Assembly (NCBI GenBank): GCA_904063045.1
Contig: CAJFCJ010000019.1
Location: forward strand, 1,565,700-1,629,699
Direction: 5' to 3'
Origin: Dimorphilus gyrociliatus
Taxonomy: Eukaryota; Animalia; Annelida
Length of the DNA: 64,000 nt
This document shows positions 1 to 12,883 of the stretch, piece by piece; position 1 is the stretch's first letter; each line of letters opens with the position of its first letter. The notes beneath the pieces are model-generated. The model did no database searches, was not told the origin of the DNA, and was given only the letters and a program-made list of their open reading frames with translations. Position numbers and translations under genes: made by a program.

Positions 1-2741
1 GAAACACAACTGTACTCTCATCCATATGTTTTTCTGCGTCTATTTGATATTTTTCATTTTCACTAATTGACCATTCCCGTCTGCAATTATCATAAAGGAA
101 TAAATTTTAAGCCTTTGAATGCAATAGAATAGATAGCTCACGGTGAAACTTTAGCAGAACCATATAAATTGATTGGAGTTTTATTTGAGGGGATAGTATT
201 AAGAATGATGGTTGTAATAACCTAAAAAAGTGGTCAAGTAATTATTTTTTCATCGATTTACTAAACAAAAGAGCTGAAAAAGTGTATTCCTCACTTGTTT
301 TCCAGTCCATAAGGGCTTAGGCTTCAATATTGTTGGGGGCAATATCTTTAATTTCTTGTGATTATCAGATAAGGCACTAGTAATCAATTGATAGTAGTGT
401 TGTTTGTCAAAAAATCGACCTCTAACGCTTAATTTAACGCCGGATATCATATGATCTTGAATTAAACCACCGAGCGGTGAACCATCCTTAGGCACAGTAT
501 AATGATGATTTGTTGCTACTAAATTATAAGCTTCGGATCTAGCTATTTCATTTTGCGGGAAATGGGCATTCATTTCATCTCCATCAAAATCAGCATTATA
601 AGCTTTGCAATTTGAATAATGAAGTCGGAGAGTTTTTTCATTTGCCAATACTCGCGCTCTATGAGCTTGAATACTTGGCCTATGTAAACTTGGTTGACGA
701 TTAAGTAAAAGTACATCGCCATTTTTCAAATGCCTATATACAACTTTATGAGCAACTTTGCCATATTTTCCTTCAACGGATGTCAAGGGTTTCAATAATT
801 GTTTGGCAATTGCTTCTCTTTGGTTTTTATTAGAACGTGATAAAACAATTTTTGCCCCTTGCTCATCAATTACATGAGTAGCACTAAAATTAAAATTGAA
901 ACTATTTATCAGAGAGCTATAGTTAACAATATCTAAGAATTACCCTGGATATATATTCGGTCCATTTATTACGGCTTCTTTCAACGCCCTAAAGTTGTTT
1001 GACGTAACATACTGCGGATACGTCAATTTGGTAGCAAAAACGTAAGGTATCCCTATTTCATTCGCACTTATAAAAGGATCGGGTGATATAACGGAGCGAG
1101 CTGCATAATTAACTCTTTTGCCCATCATATTCATTCTTAGCATACCCTCTTTTTTTTCCAATATCTGATAATATTAAGACTTATTATATGATAAAGTATT
1201 GAATTCTTAAATATAAATGACCTGTTTAACTCCTCGATTTTTTTCCATTGATAATTTATCCAAATCTGAATCAACTATCGCGTTGACTGACCTTTGTAAG
1301 TTTAACCACGCATAGTTTATTTTATCTATCATACTATTTCCAGGATACATGTTTAAGTCAAACTATACAAATTTCATTAAGTGTAATTATTAATTTGAAT
1401 TTTACTGTTAAAGATAATACAAAACCTTTTCCGTTACGCCATCCTCTTCCGATTGAGAAATAGTTAATAGCTTTTTAATATTGTCCGATGCCTGTATAAC
1501 TTTTGAGAAAATAACGCTTTGTTCATGTTCAAATAATTGACCGCCAACAGGATTCGTCTACAAATATACAATATATATTAAGTATACTGTATACTTTGAA
1601 AAGGAAACTTTTAACTAAACAACTAACTGGTCTAAATTTTGGCGGTGGTACCGGAATAGATCCAAGAACGAAAACCTCTGTAGTACTCGTTCCAATTCCA
1701 CTAAGCATTAGTTCTAATAGTTCTTTGTCATGTTGCCATAATAGATTTAAATGCTCCTCAACACTCATTGGTGTTAAATAGCTTTCGTGTGCTGAAGCAA
1801 TCCCAGTATCCTTTTCTTTCCTATAATTGTAAACGTGAAAATAAATGACCTTTTCAAAAGTACATTATATATAATTATTTACGTTTTAGATTTTCTTATA
1901 TTATCCGTGAAAAATATTTTAGCGTTGTTTTCAGTTGCCAATTTTCTATTTTGTTTCTTGCAGTATGGACAAGATTTAGCAAAAAAGTCTCCTCTTAAGA
2001 ATCGTTTTCGTACAAGAACTTGAATCGATGATATATTTTTTGATTTTGCGTCGTTGTTAGTTCTTTTTTCTAATAAAGGAATTATTAATACAATTATGAA
2101 AGGGAGGGGGGAAGAGACGTTTTTAATCTTACACACCTGAATTATCATCGGAAATATACTTGTGTATAAGGTCTTCCCACAATTCAGGTGCAAAATTTTG
2201 TTGTATAACTTCTAATACGGAAACTTTTCCAACGTTTCCCTGTTCTAGAAGTTTCATTTCTTGTTTTAAGAAAGTACATAAGTTTTGTGGGATGCGTAAT
2301 TTATGACATTCGAAACACATTCCATTTAATATCTAATTAGAAGAATAATCAATAATTGATATTTTATTTAAAAATAATAAGGAGTACTTGCTTACCTTAA
2401 CAAGGATTTTAAACAGGAAAGGATTATAAACTGGCATAGTCAATTTTATATACCCAAAGTGGCCGGGACATTTGATAAAATTAAGGTTACAAGTACCGCA
2501 CACATCTCTGTCATCCGTTGGTCCTGAAATTTGATACACTTTTAACTATAATAGTAAAAGAAGAAATAACTAATTAACCTAATAACGGATCATGTAACCC
2601 ATTTGCGACTGGTAAACCTAATCCATCGAAAGATGATTGCTGTGTTATACGTTTTACCGATATACTTTCAATATCGGCTGAGGAATAAAATGAAAATGTT
2701 ACAGCATTTATTTTCGCTGATGGTATAAGATCGTCATCCAT
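1..2741 (-). CDS. POLR1A: RNA polymerase I largest subunit (5' part; multi-exon, runs off the left window edge)
   Basis: ATG at 2741 ([28 protein letters not shown]|[19 protein letters not shown]). Later exons carry [31 protein letters not shown] and the catalytic [15 protein letters not shown] introns of about 55-90 nt. Confidence 0.96.
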
Positions 2742-2785
2742 TGTATTTACATCGAAAAATTCGTAAGAGAGCGATAAAGTATAAG

Positions 2786-2799
2786 CACGTGGTCACGTG
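2786..2799. promoter_or_regulatory. Tandem CACGTG E-boxes in the POLR1A promoter
   Basis: CACGTG at 2786-2791 and 2794-2799, 45 nt upstream of the POLR1A ATG. Confidence 0.55.
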
Positions 2800-3915
2800 G
2801 GTGAAGGAAATCGATTCGTATTTTACACCGGGTGTCCATAATTTTTGTAATTAGATAAAAGAATTATCCATGTCTCTTTTTCTACCTGCAAAATGTTTGA
2901 AATATAGGAAATACTACATTTAAACTATGTTAATGTTCTAAAAGTTTAGGCAGCTCAAGTATTGTTTCAAAATTTAGGAAAATTTACGTCTTAATATCAT
3001 TAATATATCATTTCGGAATAGTTAGTCTCTTCCTTTCAATTTAATTTCTACCGTTCTTTCTTAAGTTGTATAATTACTTTGTGAACTTTTTATCGTTCAT
3101 TCTACATTATTCAACTAATCTTGACATAAAATTATTTTATATAATAATTATAAATTTGTTTTCATAGTATTACAAAAGCTTAACTTAATATTTCTAAGAG
3201 CAAAAGTAACTTTGGAAAAAAAAAACTATAATTCAAAAGCTTATGTTTCCTAAGTGATAAAAAAAGAAAGAGAAGTTAGTTAAAAGGTAATTTTATAGTT
3301 TACAACCTCTCTGCGGTGTAAAAAAAATTTCCTATTGTCACGATTTTCACATAAGTAGGAAAATAACAAATGATAGGGAAAATACTTTGTTTCATACGGC
3401 ATATTTCTAAGCTACTATAGTATATATTACATTAAAAAATATGCTTTTACACAAGTTCTAGCAATTCTTATTAGTGGCTGGAAAAAAAAAGGCAACTATC
3501 AAATTATACAATGACTATCGATGTCTTATAAACAATATGATTTTTTTATATATATGTATCTGATAGTAATGTATTATTAGGTTTTAACTCTTTCGTAAGA
3601 ATTTCACATCATTGTCTACGAGGATATTTGTTTCTTTTTTCTTAATTGTAGAATAATTTACCTGTAATTGCTTTAGTGAAAATATCATGAAACAGGTAAA
3701 GACAATAAGAGAAAGCAGCTACAGTCAAACCTCAGGCATTTCTTTGTAAAAAAAGTCATCAAACGGCCCAGCAATCGTTTGACTTTTACGCTAAAACGGT
3801 CACGCCCGCTATTATTTCAGTAGACTATATTAGACGAGTTGTACAAGAGACGCGCTTAGTGGCGCTACGGTACAGAACAAAACCGATAGACCGTACGGTC
3901 TACGCAGAAGAAGAT

Positions 3916-6528
3916 ATGCTAAAGAATAAGAGCAGCTGTCTTCGTTTCTTTACAATTTTTAATTCATCGTCCACAGAACCAGGGCTTGCAAAATCGTTAT
4001 CGATATCTCAGTTGGTACCTTTAATCTTCTTACTGGGTGTATTCTTCGCAATTGTGGCTAAATTCTTCAACTATATAAGAAAGTCGATATACAAGGAGCA
4101 AAAGAATATAGATTCATCATTTGATGCTGGAGGAAAAGTTTCTACTGGATTAACGGTGAGTAAATATGAAATGTTTGTTTCTTTATATAATGATTACTGT
4201 GTCTTTATCCCATCCATTATTAAAATATATAGGCGACAACCTTAGTGTCACAATGGACGTGGGCAGCAACTTTATTACAATCTTCTGCAGTGGCAGCAAA
4301 AGTAGGCTTAGAGTTTTTTCAATATGCTAAGACTGTAATATAAATTACATATTTTTTTAATAATAATAGTATGGAATAAGTGGACCATTTTGGTATGCGT
4401 CTGGGGCGTGCATTCAATTTTTATTATTTGCAATGATATCGGTTCAACTCAAAGTAAGGGCTCCTGGAGCTAAGACTTTCCTCCAAGTAATTAGAGCTCG
4501 ATTTGGCTCTAAAACCCATCTTGTATTTTGCGTCTTTGCTCTTCTTACCAATATCATTGTGACAGCTATGTTGATGTTAGGTAATTTTATAATTTAGTAT
4601 CCATCTACCCTTTTATCGTATTATGAATATTGCTGCTTTTTCTTATTTTCTTATTTACAACGTGAACAGGAGGCGCAGCTATAATGACTAACTTAGTAGA
4701 TGGATTAAGCATTGAGTTAGCAACAATGCTGGTTGTTGCAGTTATCTGGACGTTTACACATATTGGAGGCCTTGGAGCAACATTTTATGTATCATATTTC
4801 AATACTGCAACCATTTTTATCATTACAATAGCTTTCCTCGTTCACGTTTATCATACATCCAATGCAGCCGCTGTTGGATCAATGAAAAAAGTGTATGATA
4901 GAATAGTTTGTAGTAAAGCTCCAGAAGGCAACAAAGATTCTAGTTTTCTTACCCTAGTTAGTCGACCTGGCTTAATGTTTGGCATTATAAATATAGTGGG
5001 AAATTTTGGGACAGTCTTTGTTGATCAGTCGTATTGGCAAAGCTCTGTTGCAGCAAAACCAAAAAATGGTGTTTGGGGATTTCTTTCGGGTGGTTTAGTT
5101 TGGTTTGCTGTACCTTTTACGTTCGCTACAACAATGGGATTAGCATATATCTCTATGTCAGTTGAAAATGGCAGGCCATTACTCACTGAAAGTGAAGTCA
5201 ATGACGGTTTAGTACCAGCAGTTGTTGCACAAAGATTATTAGGAGCTCGTGGAGAGTTATTAATTCTTATTTTAGTTTTGATGGCTGTTACGTCAACGGG
5301 TTCAGCAGAGGTTGTTGCAGTTTCTTCTATTCTTATTTATGATGTTTACTGCCTTTATTGGAAGCCGTACAGGTTAGTACATGACGCTAACTCATGTATT
5401 CTATGCGGGAGAGCAAGAGGAAGAGCAGCAACAAAGAAAGATAAATGCATTTGTATAAGTATGACATTTTGCGCTCATTGTAAAGCTGACGATGAAAGAA
5501 GAAATGAAAATAAAAAAAGGGCGCTTAAGGCCGAGTATCAGTGCACAACTCATGGTTCTTTCCGAAAGTATAATGATTATCTCGAGTATTTGAAGGATTG
5601 GAGTATGTTATGGGTTTCACTAGCTATCCTACCTCTAACTCTGATACTTAAGGCCACCAGCATTTCTTTAGGCTGGTTGTACTTGTTTATGGGTATCTTA
5701 ATAGGATCCGCTGTGCTACCTATAACTTTGTGTATGTTTTGGCCTCGTTTAACAGGTATAGGTATGGTAACTGGAGCTTTAAGTGGTACGCTCTCAGCAT
5801 TAATTGTGTGGCTCTCAGTTTCTTCAATAACGGACAATGGACTTTCCGATTTTTTCAATTCGACAGCCGAAGAATTGCCGATGCTTTGTGGAAATATAAC
5901 ATCGATAGCAGTCAGTTGTATTGTAACCATAATAGTCAGTTTGATCACCAATCGTTATTATACAAATGGAAATGATCAGGAAATTTGGGAAAATACAAGA
6001 GATATTGATAATCCCTTATCTCCTTGGGTTGAATTATATGCAAGAGAATTAGATATAAGAGGCGTTCACGAACTTGATAAGCGTCCTTCGTTGCAGGTTG
6101 TTACAAGCACCTTTAAACAAGCGAAAATAATAGCGATGATTGGTGCAATATGTCTTACTCTAATCTTCATTATAATCTGGCCTGGATCAATGGCCTCAGC
6201 CGGAATTCTTGATTTTTCGCAATTTAGAGGTTGGATAGTTTCATGTGAAATTTGGGGTGTTTTAGCAGCTATTTTCATAATTGTTATGCCATTTGTTAGT
6301 GAAGCTATTGAGATAAAGCATAAGCTGAGAGAGAAGAACATGGTGGCAATTGATGTGAAAATTGAGCCGAAAGTTAAAAGGAAGGTAAAAGTTAGGAATG
6401 TATCTGATAGTGTTGTCCATAAAGAATCAGTTACGGATCAAGACGTTTGCGTTGTTCGTGTGGACAATCAAGACGAGCGCCACTCCTCCGATTCCAACTT
6501 GACTGAGGAACATCAAGAGATACTGTAA
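3916..6528 (+). CDS. DUR3: DUR3-like urea active transporter (sodium:solute symporter superfamily), 4 exons
   Basis: Spliced exons give FDAGGKVSTGLT|ATTLVSQWTWAATLLQSSAVAAK|YGISGPFWYASGA..RAPGAKTFLQVIRARFG..|GGAA.. and NFGTVFVDQSYWQS. These are DUR3 signatures. Many TM helices. The start at ATG 3916 is inferred. Confidence 0.9.
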
Positions 6529-7920
6529 ATTGAAAAATGTAAAGATATCTTCAAAGAATATATGAGTTATTTTCAATAATATAAAAGAAACTACATAATT
6601 ATTAGATATTTCATCATTTTAAACGTTATTTATAAAGAACCTAGAAATCCATTAAAAATGGGCTGTTTACTTTAAGAAAGCTTCTATGGTTTAATGATTA
6701 TCATTATTCTAATACAACCCTTCAAACTATCTTGCAGGTGTTCTAATTTCTTAAAGATTTTGAGAAAGTACATGTAGAGAATGATTTTAACTTTTTCTAT
6801 ATACAGTATGTTTCTTGTTAAATAACGAATTCGTTGTCTACTTTTCATTGTTCATGATTTTTTTCTCAGAATGGAAAATGATAAAAGCATTGAAAAAGTC
6901 CAACATTAATTTCTGCATTACTTCTCAAATTCTCAAATGGAGACTATGTAGTTTGTATTCCTTATGTTATAAACATGGGAATTTTTCCTATTCCACTCTC
7001 TTCTATGTAGGTAGATATAAACCACTAGTTTAATAATTAGCGAGGGATGTGAACGTGAATAATAGGCCTCATCGTATTAGACGCCTATAAAGTACAGTCT
7101 TGTTGTAATATTCTCGGAAGTCAGTCAAGGTTGATTAAGGGAAATTTATGATTTTTTTTTTAATTCTAAATACCTATTCTCCATGTTCATAGGCTTACGA
7201 AGAGTCTATTGAAAAACGCCAATACTGTTCAATTCTGTTGTATTTGCTAAAAAGTAAACCGATATTTGTATTATAATAAACTAGCCTTGTCTTCATATAT
7301 AATATGTTACGTTTAATAAAGTTATGGCTAGTAATTAAAGAAAGTTTCCTCACAATATCTAGCAATTAGGTATTTTTATGTTAACGAGCTTAATTAGTAA
7401 ACTGCAATACCTGACTGTGAGATAGTAGGATCTTAAATTAAGGGCGGGAAATAAATATGTTTATACAATTCTGTTGCCGGAGATTTGTGTTATTAAAGCC
7501 TTCAATGGCTATATAATGAGGAAAGAAAGAAGTTTTAGAAAGAACAAAAGACTAAAAACTAAAGGAAAAGAAGAATAAGAATAATAATAAAAGAAAGCAG
7601 AAGCTCTCTTGATGAACGAATGCTATTTTTAGAGACAAATAATAAATAAACTTATATCTCTCGACTTGATAGATACTAAACAATAAACTAAACTGATACT
7701 TATAGAAATACATACACTGTTTATATATATATATAAATTAGTATATTTTGGCATTGTGCAAATCCTGTAAAGCAATACAGTATATACAGTATCTGTTACA
7801 GTAGTTAGAAACTACTTCCCAATTTAAGAACTTGTAATTCTTATGGTTTTTCAATACAAACATGTTTGTATAAACTATTAATATATAGTTTCAAACAAAG
7901 GCTTTAGGCCCATTACTGAA

Positions 7921-7942
7921 TATATATATATATATATATATA
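7921..7942. repeat. (TA)n microsatellite
   Basis: Uninterrupted TA run; one of many such tracts in the window. Confidence 0.9.
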
Positions 7943-8812
7943 TGTGTGTATGTGGAAAGGAATACAGTAAACGATCAATTCTCTTACAGTGTATATGTAC
8001 TTTCAAGCTACTAAATAATCAAAGTAAACCCTTTATAATATAAAAAAAGGCAGAAAGGAAAAGATAACAAAAGGAAAATTACTTCAGTGCACTCCATAAA
8101 TTTAATTAATATCATGGTTAAAGATTATTTAAAATCTAGTGTACTGAGTTTCGGTTCATTTTATGAGAACAATAATAAAAAATACGACAAACTAATTAAT
8201 TTAAGTTGATACAATTAATTTCTTACCATGTGTATAAAATAGATATACAAGTATTCATATATTTTATATTAATATATTTGTATTTTTATATAGAAACAGA
8301 AGTATGTAAAAGTATTCATACTGTATGTATTCACGCTGCATATCTTATATTTTTATTTCCTTGAGCCATTTATCCTTCTTTTCCACTTCACATTAATTCT
8401 TAGATGAGAATAAAAGAAACAGAAAAGTCGGATAGAACCGTATCATACTTTCTACTCAGAACTTCTACTTTTTAGTATTAGGTAATAAAGGATTTGTATA
8501 TTTATTATTTAAAGTTCTTATGCGTACTTCATCAATTTAAAAAATATCTCAATAAATTCATCTTTGATGTCTTGTTAAATAACTCAAAATACATAAGAAT
8601 TTGATTACAAAAAGAGAAAATTGAAAAGTTCATTTATTAAGAATGTAACAATATCATTTTTCTCTCTTTATCATTAGCAATTTTTCCTGGAAATAATATC
8701 ACAGTTTTCTATATAGTTATATAGAGGGTTTGTTATATTTGTTACTGAAATATCTCGCAATTTTAATTAGCTTGAGATTTGAAATATGTATTATTAGTCT
8801 TTTTAAATAATA

Positions 8813-11800
8813 TTATTTTCCCTTACACTCCAATTTAAACTTATTCTCCATTTTGCAATTTATCTTGTTAATTCCATCATAGATTACACCATCTACACCA
8901 TTCTTTTTCAAAAATTCAATATTCTTCTTGTCGTTGTTGTCATCTCCCCAACAAAAGACTATCAAGCCACATTCCTTTGCAAATTTAATAATATCTGGAT
9001 TACGTAATAATTCTTCTGCGTGTGCATTTATACCCTTAATGGACAAAGCAAAACATAAGATATAAGTGAAAGAAAGTAGTATATGACTTACAAGGAAGTT
9101 TTCTGCTTCACAGTAAAGCGACGAGTTTTTTGTAGTCCAGCATCGGGGATCCATGTAAGCCGGATACTTTTCAGTAATGCCTTGAGACAAAAAGAGAACA
9201 GGATACTTGTTTTGCTTTAGTTTCAGCATACAACATATGTTGGGATCAAAGCAACTCTACAGAATAGAAAACTTAGGTTAATTACAAGTATGAGATAATC
9301 ATGAAGAGTTTAAGTACAAATATTATTCTACGATTTTTTCCATAACTTAAAACTTCTTTTAGTATAATATCAACATATTCGTTACGATCCATAAGATCTC
9401 TAAGATTTTCCTCTAATTCTCCAGTCTGTTATTTAAAACGTTTCTTTTTAATGAGAAATAAAAAATTATAGCGTTGTTCTTACAATAATTCTCATGCAAT
9501 ATTTTATCTCGATATTAAAGCCTAAATCCTCATCTAGTGACTCAAAGCAACTTTTTAATGTTGGAAATGGTCGATGATGATTGTCCAACCCGCTCTCTAC
9601 TCAAAATTCATACAAAATATGAATTGTTTATTTATTCTCTCTTTTATATTTGATGATCATAAATAAATTAATAATCGAAAACTAACCATTAACAATGGAA
9701 GAAGAGTAAAACTTCGTTTTCTTACTAGATGCGTGATAAATTCGTAAAGTATCCATTTGTTCCAACGTTAGATCCGAAATAGGAACCTCAAATATTTCTA
9801 ATTCATTACCATCCATACAGTCTTTGTTATATACTTTCTCCTGTTGTTATTATTAATTATAAATACAGTATTTCTTTCTTAAATATTAAATCAAACAAAC
9901 TTTTTTCAGGTCGATACAAACGGTAAAATCGTGATAAACTATTGGTATTTTATCTTTGCTCAATTGAACATCAAATTCAACAAAATCTGCTCCCTATAAG
10001 AGTAAAAGAGAGATATATAGTATATCCACTTTGATTGATTGTCTTTTTTTTGTTTTCAATTAATATTTTCCAGTGTTAATATTTTAATTATAGTGGTATT
10101 TCAGTACAAAATAACTAACGTGACTACCAGCTTCAGCAAGAGAGGCTAATGTGTTTTCTTTAGCGGAAGACAATCTAAGCGAAAAATTTAAATTTAGCAT
10201 AAAATCATATTTGCGAGAAAGAGAAAGAAAAATAAAGAGATAAATGAAAAATGTAAGAAGCAATTTTTTTCTTTCTATTTATCTTCGTTTGATAATTTAA
10301 TTAAAATGATTTTCATGCAATTTTAGTCCTAACATCCATGTAAATTAATAAATTGATATTTCAAAGCTACAAGGTCGGTATTTGTAAAGGCGATTGTAAC
10401 CATCTTTAAATAGCATCAATTCATTGAAAAAAAATTTTTCCATGCCAAAAAGGTGTTCGTCTAAACTTTGAACTAACAAAAGCATATAGGAAAAAGACCT
10501 TTTCATAAAGGGGGGAATGACTTACTCTTTGCAATAAGTTGCACCCAATCCTCTGTGTCCAACGTCCAAAGGTGCTCGCGAATCTTTCCAATGTTTGGCA
10601 TATGATATTTCAAAAGTACAAAGATTTTCTTTTAAAGGCTTAATTATTAGAATTTCAACTGTTTTTTAATAAAGAAACTTTCAGAATATAATTTTTATAT
10701 TATATTACAAAATAAAAATAAATTAATAAAAACCATGTAGTTGTCCAATTATCCGATGCTGTTCATTTAATACTGGTATCGATAACTGATCAGATGTTTT
10801 ACAATTAGTAACTGGTAATAAATTAGCCGATCCAATAAGCGTAGGTATATCATTTTCATTGGCGTGGTTTAAATGACAATATATGATGAAATTGAAACCC
10901 TTTTTAATAATACTGTCATAATGTGTTTAAACAGCTTAATATAATTAATTACCACATATTCAGGATTAAATGATTGTGTTCTGAAAGTAATTGGGTCATT
11001 CTGAAGTAAAGCACCAAATTTCTTCTGAGGTTTGGGTTGTACATTTTTCTCATTTAATGTTGATATGGTGACTGAATGCATTTTCGTTGAGATTTCAGCA
11101 GTTTGGTCGGATAAATCAGATAACTGTTGTGTGAATTTAATAAATTGAGTATTTGATAATAATGTATCAAAATTGAAAACTAACATTCACTATTTCATCT
11201 TTCAGGAGACTTGGAATGCATTTGATAGAGAATTTTCGATTTGTATCAATTTTATTGAAGAATATAAGAGAATCTTTAAGTAGATGTAGTTGTATCTCTG
11301 TTTGGCCATTCAACCAACCTTTATCCACGTTATATAAGCCATCTAAAAAATGATTACAATGTCTAAATAATTGGCGTTTATCTCTATTATACTATTTCAC
11401 CTTTAACACCAAATTTATCAACATGTCCACCTATTGCTATGTATTCTTTTTAAGAAAAATTAACAAATTTATTATTTATGGACTGATTCCTTTTTCTATA
11501 TTTATACCTTTTAAATTCAATAATCTTGGTGTTAAGTGTGTTTCATATTTCAAAATGTATTGACATTCATTGTTCATGCTAGCAGACAGTTTACACTTTT
11601 CCGCAATAATATACTTATAAAATATTTCACAATTATCATTTTCTTGACATATATCTATTGAAATAGTCCAAATTGATCTATAAATGAAAATATTGTAAAA
11701 CAAACACACTTCAATAGTATACTGTAAATATTACTTATCATCCTGTTTATCTTTTGATTCGATCATTGTTAAACATTTGTCTGGATTCCAGTTTCCAAGC

Positions 11801-11880
11801 TCTGGTATGTTTCCCGAAATACATACATGCTCCTGAGCTGAAAGGTCTGCTATTACACTAAAGGTGACTTTGGTCGTCAT
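8813..11880 (-). CDS. GPCPD1: Glycerophosphocholine phosphodiesterase (CBM20 plus GDPD domain), multi-exon
   Basis: N-terminal CBM20 (VCISGNIPELGNWNP). GDPD motifs DVGHRGLG, KENTLAS..GADFVEFDVQLSKDKIPIVYHD, PFPTL..GFNIEIK and FCWGDDNND..GVDGVIYD. Confidence 0.94.
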
Positions 11881-12188
11881 TCTGCATAGAAAGGATTTCT
11901 GTAGAAGACAGAGCAAGAAAAAATGCTCTAAGATAATCCAATATTGATATATTGAATATTAAAAACAAAACAATTTTTATATAAAACTAGATAAGTCCTT
12001 GTAAATCATAATTAACTTTTTGAGCTTTATCAATTATCAACCAGTAGCTATTGATTATCAACTCATAGCAATGATAAACAATATTAAATAATGATTAAAA
12101 TATTACACTGTCTTTATCCTTTTTATCGTCAGCAAACAATTATCATTGGTTTGATATGTTTGAGTTGAGCGAAATTAGAATTTGAAAT

Positions 12189-12208
12189 CGCCATGTTGTC
12201 ACGTGACA
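12189..12208. promoter_or_regulatory. YY1-like motif plus 12-bp palindrome TGTCACGTGACA (CLEAR/USF-type E-box) upstream of GPCPD1
   Basis: CGCCATGTT at 12189-12197, immediately followed by TGTCACGTGACA at 12197-12208. Confidence 0.55.
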
Positions 12209-12469
12209 TAGAATTTTATAAAGCGCCAAAATGTCGAATATTTAAATAATGGTTATAGTATTCAATTTTATTTTTAAAGTACAATATTCACAAAATTAGA
12301 GATGACGGACTTGGACTTAGAATATTTACTTGAATTATATAAATACATAATATAAATATTTATATATAAACAGTAAAATTGAGACCAAAATAATATCGCA
12401 GGTCATTATGATCAAACGTATCATTTGGACAGTTTGAGTTGACATAATTATTTTGAAGAAAGATTTTCC

Positions 12470-12883
12470 CTAGCATTTGTAGCTGCCAATTTCTTTTCTT
12501 AGAGCTTCTAATTCGGCATTTTCGGCATATTTTTGATTGAGTGTCAATAGCTGTTGAATAGTATTTAAAAATAAACTTTTACTTATCCATATGAAAGATA
12601 GAATTTAGTTTAAACATACCTTTTGAGGGACATTGGGATTAACCTCTTCCCAAGGAGCTACAGCTTTAGTTTTATTTACTCTCACATCGCTTTTAGTGGC
12701 TACAGCATAAATAGAGTAGGCAGTAGCACCAATACAGGCCGTTCCAAGAATACCGACCAGTGGAATTAACTGATAAATAATTATTGTATGAAATAATCAT
12801 TCGACAATCTTTTAGAATATATAACTTACCTCCCACTTTTGTCTTAAAGCTTTTAAACCGAATAATGCAGAACCACCGCTCAT
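12470..12883 (-). CDS. C15orf48: NDUFA4/COXFA4-family complex IV accessory subunit, NMES1/C15orf48-like, 94 aa, 3 exons
   Basis: Exons 12883-12830, 12769-12620 and 12550-12470 give MSGGSALFGLKALRQKWE|LIPLVGILGTACIGATAYSIYAVATKSDVRVNKTKAVAPWEEVNPNVPQK|LLTLNQKYAENAELEALRKEIGSYKC*. All introns GT-AG, phase 0. Not in the ORF track. Confidence 0.85.

Noticed and set aside
5577-5951. Antisense or alternate-frame ORFs in the track (also 33129-33506, 41108-41299, 41477-41722, 43868-44101, 44634-45155, 48635-48826, 49817-50125, 54404-54652, 56586-56898)
   Set aside because: They lie opposite or within well-supported CDSs, many begin at TTG/GTG, and none shows a recognisable motif; these are codon shadows.
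10340-10465. Coding-looking stretch (DEHLFGMEKFFFNELMLFKDGYNRLYK..) in a 350-nt GPCPD1 intron
   Set aside because: Its phase is incompatible with the flanking exons, which join cleanly without it; no C/D or H/ACA boxes seen.
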